DNA of 64,000 nucleotides from an uncultured Chlamydiales bacterium (GTDB lineage Bacteria; Chlamydiota; Chlamydiia; Chlamydiales; Rhabdochlamydiaceae): NCBI GenBank assembly GCA_963700985.1, contig OY969554.1, positions 1,408,001 to 1,472,000 of the forward strand, read 5' to 3'. Shown piece by piece: positions 57,327 to 64,000 of this stretch (position 1 is its first letter; each line of letters starts with the position of its first letter). The notes under the pieces were generated by a model. It saw only the letters and a program-made list of their open reading frames with translations, ran no database searches and was not told where the DNA came from. The position numbers and the translations under genes were made by a program.

Positions 57327-57489
57327 AAAATAAAGTCTCTAAATTAGTTAAAATATTGTACCAATTCTACCTGTTTAAAGATATCGTAAAGCCCTGCCCA
57401 TTCAGCAAAAAATTTCTTTGTAAGCTCGCGCCTCTTTACTTTTAATCCGGTGGATCATTAGGATATGGGCAGATTTTGGAGTTAAGTAA

Positions 57490-57576
57490 ATGTCTTCAGT
57501 AAAAAAGAAGCGAAGAGCGAAAATTGCTAAGCATAAGCGTAAGAAAAGACGCCGTCGCGATCGCCACAAAAAGTAG
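57490..57576 (+). CDS. 28-aa basic protein, bS22/AURKAIP1-COX24 (DUF1713)-like small ribosomal protein
   Basis: MSSVKKKRRAKIAKHKRKKRRRRDRHKK*; ggag RBS upstream; below the ORF-track cutoff. Confidence 0.85.
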   Translation: MSSVKKKRRAKIAKHKRKKRRRRDRHKK

Positions 57577-57610
57577 TATCTGACTAATTATTTTTTTCAG
57601 GCACTAATAC

Positions 57611-57646
57611 AAAAGAAATACTTTCATAATAGAAAGTATTTCTTTT
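57611..57646 (+). terminator. Perfect 15-bp inverted repeat between the small gene and mnmG
   Basis: aaaagaaatactttc-ataata-gaaagtatttctttt. Confidence 0.55.
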
Positions 57647-57658
57647 ATTTTTTCAAAA

Positions 57659-59485
57659 ATGTGGAATTACCCAGAAATTTTTGACGTCATTGTCGTAGGA
57701 GCAGGCCATGCAGGTTGTGAAGCTGCACACGCGTCTGCGCGCATAGGTGCAAAAACGCTTCTATTGACAATGAATTTAGACACCATCGCCAAGATGAGCT
57801 GCAACCCAGCAGTGGGCGGCACGGCGAAAGGCCACATCGTGCGTGAGATCGATGCACTCGGCGGGGTGATGGCTAAAGTCACCGACGAAACGGCTATTCA
57901 ATTTCGCATGCTGAATGCCTCCAAGGGGCCAGCAGTCTGGTCGCCACGTGCACAGGCAGATAAGCTCGCCTATCAAACAGCGATGAAACATCGCCTAGAA
58001 AAAACTCCTAATCTCTATATCAAACAAGGCACAACAGAATCGCTCATCGTCGAGCAAGATCGCGTGCTGGGCATAGCCACACTCGAAGGCATTGCCTATC
58101 TGGGCAAGACCGTGATTCTCTCATCTGGCACTTTTATGCGAGGATTGTTGCACATCGGCGAGACGCAGTTCGCCGGCGGAAGAGCAGGAGATAAGCCTTC
58201 AGTTGGCCTCTCAGCAAGCCTAGAATCTCTCGGTTTTTCTCTGGGAAGACTTAAAACCGGTACCCCGCCGCGCATCCATCGCCGCAGTATCGATTTTTCC
58301 AAAGTTGAAGTGCAGCCAGGCGACACAAACGTGCGCTTTTCTTTTGATGAGCGCGAAGGCCCTGGCTTACCACAGGTGCCCTGTTATATCACTTACACAA
58401 CCGATGAGACAAAAAAGATCATCCTAAAAAATCTTTCACGTTCTGCAATGTATTCTGGACGCATCCAGAGCATCGGACCGCGCTACTGCCCCTCTATTGA
58501 AGATAAAGTCGTGCGTTTTGCCGACAAAGAACGACATCAAATTTTTCTCGAGCCAGAAGGGCTTACAACTGAAGAGTTCTACGTCAATGGCATCTCTACC
58601 TCGCTGCCTTTCGACGTGCAACTCGAAATGATTCACTCCGTGCTTGGATTAGAACAGGCCGAGATCATGCGTCCTGCGTATGCCATTGAGTATGACTATG
58701 TAAAAAGTGGACAGCTGACTTCAACGTTAGAAACGAAAAGCATCGACGGCCTTTTCATCGCCGGACAGATCAATGGAACTACTGGTTATGAGGAAGCTGC
58801 CGGACAAGGGCTAATCGCAGGCATTAACGCCGCAAATAAGGTATTAGGACGTCCAGCCTTTATCTTGAAGCGCTCTGATGCATATATCGGCGTAATGATC
58901 GATGAGATCATCACCAAAGAGCTGGAAGAGCCTTATCGCATGTTCACCAGCCGCGCCGAACATCGGCTGCTTTTAAGACAAGATAATGCTGACTTACGTT
59001 TGCGGCCATATGGTTACGCCCTCGGACTGATTGAAGAAGAGCGCTATCAAAAAACTGTGGCAAAACAAAAAAGCATGGATGAGGAGATCGCGCGCCTGCA
59101 TAAATCTTTCCGAACTGTCGAGGGAAGATCTACTTCGCTGGCGCAGCTGCTCTGCCGACCCGATTTTACTCATGAGATGCTTCGCGAACAATTTCCCGAG
59201 CTGGTACAAGATCATGGCAGAGAGATCAATTTACAAATTGAACTCACGCTCAAATATGCGGGCTATATTCAGCGGCAAGAAAAAGAAGTTGCTAAATTAG
59301 AAAATGTTGAGAAAATCTTGATTTCAAAGGATTTTGATTTTTCTGCTGTCAATGGCCTTGGACGTGAAGCTAAAGAGAAGCTGCAGAAAATTCGCCCAGC
59401 CAACCTGGGTCAAGCTGCGCGCCTCTCAGGGATTTCGCCTGCAGATATTACGGTTTTAATGGTCGCTTTGAAAAAAGAAAAATGA
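57659..59485 (+). CDS. mnmG: tRNA uridine 5-carboxymethylaminomethyl modification enzyme
   Basis: GAGHAGCEAA, MSCNPAVGG, RLKTGTPPR, GPRYCPSIEDK and GQINGTTGYEEAA. Confidence 0.98.
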   Translation: MWNYPEIFDVIVVGAGHAGCEAAHASARIGAKTLLLTMNLDTIAKMSCNPAVGGTAKGHIVREIDALGGVMAKVTDETAIQFRMLNASKGPAVWSPRAQADKLAYQTAMKHRLEKTPNLYIKQGTTESLIVEQDRVLGIATLEGIAYLGKTVILSSGTFMRGLLHIGETQFAGGRAGDKPSVGLSASLESLGFSLGRLKTGTPPRIHRRSIDFSKVEVQPGDTNVRFSFDEREGPGLPQVPCYITYTTDETKKIILKNLSRSAMYSGRIQSIGPRYCPSIEDKVVRFADKERHQIFLEPEGLTTEEFYVNGISTSLPFDVQLEMIHSVLGLEQAEIMRPAYAIEYDYVKSGQLTSTLETKSIDGLFIAGQINGTTGYEEAAGQGLIAGINAANKVLGRPAFILKRSDAYIGVMIDEIITKELEEPYRMFTSRAEHRLLLRQDNADLRLRPYGYALGLIEEERYQKTVAKQKSMDEEIARLHKSFRTVEGRSTSLAQLLCRPDFTHEMLREQFPELVQDHGREINLQIELTLKYAGYIQRQEKEVAKLENVEKILISKDFDFSAVNGLGREAKEKLQKIRPANLGQAARLSGISPADITVLMVALKKEK

Positions 59486-59496
59486 GGTGATAATTT

Positions 59497-59889
59497 ATGA
59501 AACTTCTTCTCTGTTTCCTCGCCGCAAATATTGGCCAAAGCACCGATTCGTCTCAAACTAATCCGACCAAACCTGCTACAACTACCCAGCCATCAGCGGT
59601 CGTATTGGATGCGGCTACTTCAAGTAAAAACGCCTCTAAAGGCATAATGGCCATCGATCCAAAACTGCGCTCGGCTGACTTAATGCAAGCCTTCGAAGTC
59701 TTGCGCCGAGAAAAGACTACAGCTAAGGTCATTTTTCAACTCGCAAACGGCAAGCTGCTAAGCAATATCATCGAAATGAGTCTCATGACCAATGGCTCGA
59801 TCATTCTCTTTCGCTACAACACGCCCCAGGGCATTCAGCTCCAAGTTGTGCCTACCGAAGAGATCGTCTCGCTCTACCATTTGCCTTAA
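59497..59889 (+). CDS. Hypothetical protein
   Basis: 130-aa ORF tightly packed between mnmG and lplA, with gagg RBS. Confidence 0.6.
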   Translation: MKLLLCFLAANIGQSTDSSQTNPTKPATTTQPSAVVLDAATSSKNASKGIMAIDPKLRSADLMQAFEVLRREKTTAKVIFQLANGKLLSNIIEMSLMTNGSIILFRYNTPQGIQLQVVPTEEIVSLYHLP

Positions 59890-60612
59890 ATGACTTTCCA
59901 TCTTTTACATTTTCAGAATTTACCGATCTTGGAGCAGCTGCGCCTTGAAGAGGCTCTTTTGCGTTGCGATGAGCGCAATTTTTGCATCATCAATGAAGGT
60001 TCGACGCCAGCTATTGTATTGGGCATCTCTGGGAAATTAGAAGAGCTCGTGGATCAAGAAAAAGCACGTCAAAGCGGCATTCCACTTATAAGACGCTTTA
60101 GTGGCGGCGGCACTGTGGTGGTGGATAAGTCGACACTCTTTGTTACCTTCATCTGTCAAAAAGCCACGTTTAATTTTCCCTGCTTTCCTGAGCCCATCCT
60201 TAAATGGACCGAAGCATTCTACAAGGACGTTTTTGCACATGAGTTCTTTCATTTACGTGAAAATGACTATGCGTTCGGTGAGAAAAAGTGCGGCGGCAAT
60301 GCTCAATATCTTAAAAAAGAGCGCTGGCTACACCACACCTCTTTTCTCTGGGATTATTGCCCAGCGCTGATGCAACACCTGCTGCATCCGAAAAAGACGC
60401 CGCGTTATCGCGAAGAGCGCACTCACGATGAATTTCTCTGCCGGCTCAAAGAGTTCCTGCCGAGCAAGGAGCTCTTCCTCTCAAGATTGAAAACAGAGCT
60501 GCATAAGAAATATGCAGTTATTGAACTCGATCCCACTCAAATCGATCACCTCCTACTCACTCCACTTCGCCAAGCCACCCAACTCATTGAGCTGTCCGCA
60601 TTTTTGACATAA
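59890..60612 (+). CDS. lplA: Lipoate--protein ligase A family
   Basis: EEALLR, RRFSGGGTV, ND...EKKCGGNAQ and HHTSFL. Confidence 0.9.
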   Translation: MTFHLLHFQNLPILEQLRLEEALLRCDERNFCIINEGSTPAIVLGISGKLEELVDQEKARQSGIPLIRRFSGGGTVVVDKSTLFVTFICQKATFNFPCFPEPILKWTEAFYKDVFAHEFFHLRENDYAFGEKKCGGNAQYLKKERWLHHTSFLWDYCPALMQHLLHPKKTPRYREERTHDEFLCRLKEFLPSKELFLSRLKTELHKKYAVIELDPTQIDHLLLTPLRQATQLIELSAFLT

Positions 60613-60645
60613 TCAGTTTTAAAAAAACACTAAAAATATCCTCAT

Positions 60646-60675
60646 TTGACGAATGATATCGAAAATGATATCATT
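60646..60675 (+). promoter_or_regulatory. hicAB promoter (TTGACG-N17-TATCAT) overlapped by a 9-bp inverted-repeat operator
   Basis: aatgatatc-gaaaat-gatatcatt at 60652-60675. Confidence 0.75.
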
Positions 60676-60681
60676 TGTTTT

Positions 60682-60912
60682 ATGAGTAAACTGCAAAAGC
60701 TAATAGAAAAAGTGCTGCAGGGAAGAAATGTCTCCTATGAAGAGGCAGAGAATCTTCTGCGTAAGCTGGGCTTTGAATTAGAAATTAGAGGCTCGCATCA
60801 TATTTTTCGAAAGAAGGGATATCATCGAAACGTTTCCATAAAACGCCGAACAGAACTACTGCCCTATCAAATTCGAGAGTTAAAAGAGGTTCTAACAGAT
60901 TATGGCTACTAA
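60682..60912 (+). CDS. hicA: HicA family toxin
   Basis: LLRKLGF....GSHHIF (catalytic GSH)...PYQI. Confidence 0.9.
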   Translation: MSKLQKLIEKVLQGRNVSYEEAENLLRKLGFELEIRGSHHIFRKKGYHRNVSIKRRTELLPYQIRELKEVLTDYGY

Positions 60913-61303
60913 GAAGAAAACTAAAAAAAATCTAAAGTATTATTTAGATCTCAACTGGTCGTATACCATAGAGCAAGAGACTCACAAAGGTAAGCATTAC
61001 TACATTATCAGAGTTAATGAGCTGCCAGGGGTTTGCACAGATGCTGAAACAATAGAGGAAGGGATAAAAGGAATTAAAGAAGCGCTAGAAGGCGCCATTA
61101 GGCTTTATCTAAAAAATGGAGAGACCATTCCTGAACCCATCAAAAAACAGGATTTCAAAGGCAGCATCGCATACAGGACCACTAGCGAGCGCCACTACTA
61201 TGTTGCAAAGCTTGCCAAGTCTTTACATAAATCTATCAGCAAAACACTTGATGACTTGATTGATGTGGGAATAGAGAAAAAGCTTCACATTATCTCGCCT
61301 TAG
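60902..61303 (+). CDS. hicB: HicB family antitoxin
   Basis: ELPGVCTDAETIEE...GETIPEP and an RHH-type C-terminus; overlaps hicA. Confidence 0.9.
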   Translation: MATKKKTKKNLKYYLDLNWSYTIEQETHKGKHYYIIRVNELPGVCTDAETIEEGIKGIKEALEGAIRLYLKNGETIPEPIKKQDFKGSIAYRTTSERHYYVAKLAKSLHKSISKTLDDLIDVGIEKKLHIISP

Positions 61304-61312
61304 TTAAGGCGC

Positions 61313-63037
61313 TTAAGCTGGCGCGGGTGCAGGTGGATCGAAGTGCATCATTGGGGCATAGCCCAAGCAGCTTCTAAAAGCGCTTACGATGGGCTCAAGG
61401 CCCCAATGGATGCCTAAATTCAACAAGAAGATAGGTAGATTAAGGAGAAGTGCAAGCGCGAGAGTTGCAATACCCACAGCAACTACTAGGCCAATTCCTA
61501 GAATGGCTAATGGCATCCAGCAATTCTCTGCTAAAAATTCGGCCATGTGAGCTAAAGCATAACCAATTCCCAAAAGGGGAAAACCTACGTGAATGTATGG
61601 GATAGAAAAGTAGTCTCTAAACCACATGCAAAAGGGAATATCAGTCATCACTTCAGGGTGAAGACCTAAATAGTGAAGCGTTGATGGAACGCCTCCCTCC
61701 ACCTCTCCAAAGGCTCTTTGCATTACGCCTCCCCCCATACCCCAAAGTGCATCGAAAAGATGCATCCAAAAGCTATTTGCATATTGACGCGCGATTGTCT
61801 CTGGGAAGATGGTAATTGGGCTCTTATTACTTGCGATCGCAAGTATAAAGCCCGTAGGGAACCTTTCTAGCTGCGCAGGAATCCGTGCGAAGTTATTTGA
61901 GAATAGGAACACCGTCGAAAGCTCTGTTAGGTTCGCAAGCGCATCTGGCAGATCGGTAAGCCGGCCCTGCTCACTACCTATGCACTCTAAAGTGTTTAGT
62001 TTTCTCAATCTGCCGATCTCTGATGGAAGCTGTCTAAATCCACGAAGACTCAACGAGTCAATACGATCGAAAGCGGCGTTAGCCGCATTATTCATCCAAA
62101 TTCGCCTTTCCGATGCTGTACGTGTAGGATCAACGTCGAGATTCAAGCGATTCAAGATCTGCTGCCAAAGCCGATTTAAATGCAGATCGGCTTCGAACTG
62201 CTCATGCAAAGTAATCTCTTCAGCAGTGCGAAAGCGCGCAAGCGAAAAATCATTCTCCCTAGCAAGCGTATATGCATCAAATTTTGCACGCATCGATTCA
62301 CTTAATTCTTGACGCTGACTCTTCACAAGAGCTTTCAGGCATTCAGGCATTTGAGTGGAATTTTCAATGTTAAATCCCGGCTTTCCTTCTAGCTCTGGCT
62401 GTATTATAGCTTGAAAGCGACGTGTTAGACTTTCATCAATGACAAATCTTTTTAAGAGGGCGATGGCCTTTTCATAGCTCTGCGTTAGCTGCTCCGCTTG
62501 CTCAGTTGGGTCCACAACCGCAGGAGGATCAGGAGGGATGAACTGGGCATGCCACTCATCCAAATGTGCGTTGAATTTATGAAAAAAAACCATCTGCCGA
62601 TCGATGGCTCCATTACCTAGGGTATTTTGCGCAAATGCATGAGCTTTCGTCGACCACATCTGCAAGACGGAGAGCCGTTCTTGAAATTCTTGTAGTGCAA
62701 GTTCAATCGGAGGCATTTTTTCAGTTGCTGTCGCGCGTAGATCTTCTAAGGTCTGACGAGGTAACCGTGGTGGCACAGCAGGAACTTCTTCTGCCACTGT
62801 GGCAACGTCAACAGGAGGAAAGAGAAATCTTTTTTCAGCGCTAATCTTATCAGTAAAGGGTCGATCGCGTTGTAAAATCTCAAAGGCAACGCGTTGCATC
62901 CGTCTGTAGATCAAATCCCTGCATTCTTTACTAACTTCAGAAAAGCTATTCGAAGCGGGCAGAAAATCCATCATGAGCTGCGCTGGCACATGAAAATTAT
63001 CGATAAAATTATTTAAAGGCGCTGCTGCTTTTGCCAT
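61313..63037 (-). CDS. Leucine-rich-repeat protein with F-box-like N-terminus and C-terminal hydrophobic hairpin; candidate effector
   Basis: LPSEIGRLRKLNTL, LTDLPDALANLTELSTVFLFSNNFARIP LRRs; QLMMDFLP...SEVSKECRDL is F-box-like (weak); long hydrophobic C-terminus. Confidence 0.6.
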   Translation of the reverse strand: MAKAAAPLNNFIDNFHVPAQLMMDFLPASNSFSEVSKECRDLIYRRMQRVAFEILQRDRPFTDKISAEKRFLFPPVDVATVAEEVPAVPPRLPRQTLEDLRATATEKMPPIELALQEFQERLSVLQMWSTKAHAFAQNTLGNGAIDRQMVFFHKFNAHLDEWHAQFIPPDPPAVVDPTEQAEQLTQSYEKAIALLKRFVIDESLTRRFQAIIQPELEGKPGFNIENSTQMPECLKALVKSQRQELSESMRAKFDAYTLARENDFSLARFRTAEEITLHEQFEADLHLNRLWQQILNRLNLDVDPTRTASERRIWMNNAANAAFDRIDSLSLRGFRQLPSEIGRLRKLNTLECIGSEQGRLTDLPDALANLTELSTVFLFSNNFARIPAQLERFPTGFILAIASNKSPITIFPETIARQYANSFWMHLFDALWGMGGGVMQRAFGEVEGGVPSTLHYLGLHPEVMTDIPFCMWFRDYFSIPYIHVGFPLLGIGYALAHMAEFLAENCWMPLAILGIGLVVAVGIATLALALLLNLPIFLLNLGIHWGLEPIVSAFRSCLGYAPMMHFDPPAPAPA

Positions 63038-63124
63038 TGGAATCAAACCGTATTTAAATATGGGGGAATTATAGACTAATTACCTGTTATCAAAGATACA
63101 TTTAAAAATAAAATTATTATAATT

Positions 63125-63904
63125 TTAAGACTTATTGCGATCTGGAAGACTGATTAGATCTCGAACGACCTGCTTGCTGACCTCGCGACCCATGACCGCA
63201 ATCGATTCTGTGAGAGGAATTTTTTTAGGGCAGACGCGGGCGCAGTTCTGGGCGTTGCCGCACTCGCTTACTCCGCCCTCTTTCATTAAAGAACGGGTGC
63301 GCTCCTCAGCCATCAGTTTGCCCACTGGATGGGTATTAAACAGCCTAGCTTGTGAGATGGGCGCGGGACCAATAAATTTAGAATGCGGATTAACTTGCGG
63401 GCATGCCTCGCTGCAACAACCGCAAGTCATGCAGGTAGAGAGCAGATAGCTCTGCTCTTGAACTTTTGGGCTGATCTTTGGCCCGAAGCCGCGATCAAAT
63501 GAATCATCGACATCCACCCACGCACGTACGCGTTTGAGCTGTTCGAACATGATATCTCGGCTGACCACGAGATCCTTAATCAAGGGAAATTTTGTAAAAG
63601 GCGCAAGCGTCACAATTGAACTGCCAGTTGATTCAATGATCTGATCGACAAGTGCAGAACAGGCCTGTCTTGGACGTCCATTGATGAGCATAGAACATGA
63701 GCCACATACTTCTTCTAGACAACCTTGCTCCCAAGCCACAGGCGTAACCTTCTCATTTTTGCGATTTACGGGCTCTTTTTGAACTTCCAAGAGCGCCGAG
63801 GTAACATTTAGAAGCGGACGCAGCTCTAGTTCGAACTCTTCCCAGTATTGTTGTCCGGGAGTGCCGCGAAAGATTTTAAGTATGAAGCTCTTCTTCTTAT
63901 CCAT
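63125..63904 (-). CDS. sdhB: Succinate dehydrogenase iron-sulfur subunit
   Basis: CLEEVCGSCSM.ING...AC, CMTCGCCSEACP and CGNAQNC..VCPK. Confidence 0.96.
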   Translation of the reverse strand: MDKKKSFILKIFRGTPGQQYWEEFELELRPLLNVTSALLEVQKEPVNRKNEKVTPVAWEQGCLEEVCGSCSMLINGRPRQACSALVDQIIESTGSSIVTLAPFTKFPLIKDLVVSRDIMFEQLKRVRAWVDVDDSFDRGFGPKISPKVQEQSYLLSTCMTCGCCSEACPQVNPHSKFIGPAPISQARLFNTHPVGKLMAEERTRSLMKEGGVSECGNAQNCARVCPKKIPLTESIAVMGREVSKQVVRDLISLPDRNKS

Positions 63905-64000
63905 TAGACCGGAAGTACAATGTTGTTAGGGATATTCTCCAAGGTGGGCTTAACCCGTTTTGCCTTGGAATATTCTCTTTTTATCGGCTTTAAATATCTT
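63904..64000 (-). CDS. sdhA: 3' end of succinate dehydrogenase flavoprotein subunit (partial)
   Basis: ...RYLKPIKREYSKAKRVKPTLENIPNNIVLPV*, with TAATG overlap into sdhB. Confidence 0.7.
   Translation of the reverse strand, partial: RYLKPIKREYSKAKRVKPTLENIPNNIVLPV

Overview
This 64 kb window comes from a member of the Chlamydiota, probably an environmental or amoeba/invertebrate-associated lineage rather than Chlamydiaceae. The evidence is an NTT nucleotide transporter, DUF2709-tsaE-dnaQ, and the chlamydial backbone ntt-pgsA, sohB-polA-coaE-rho and dnaB-mnmG-lplA. Several accessory islands interrupt the housekeeping genes. (1) An 11 kb glycosyltransferase/methyltransferase island whose enzymes mostly carry signal-like N-termini. 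(2) A duplicated two-gene RiPP-like cassette at 29.1-32.1 kb: a nitrile-hydratase-like-leader (NHLP) precursor with a short Tyr-containing core, plus a ~365-aa unannotated maturase that may be an ABBA-fold prenyltransferase. This is the best candidate for an undescribed system. (3) A tandem array of four SEL1-repeat effector-like genes. The largest has a PARP-like H-Y-E ADP-ribosyltransferase domain and FAM21-like LF-acidic-LF motifs, and all four end in a MinD-like amphipathic helix. (4) A polymorphic toxin-like gene followed by four candidate immunity genes. (5) Two Inc-like genes and an F-box-like/LRR gene that share an upstream motif. (6) Intact and decayed toxin-antitoxin modules. The window also holds tRNA-Ser(GCT) and a 28-aa bS22-like gene absent from the ORF track. 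No CRISPR array, rRNA or transposase was seen. All family calls are motif recognition by eye; no searches were run.
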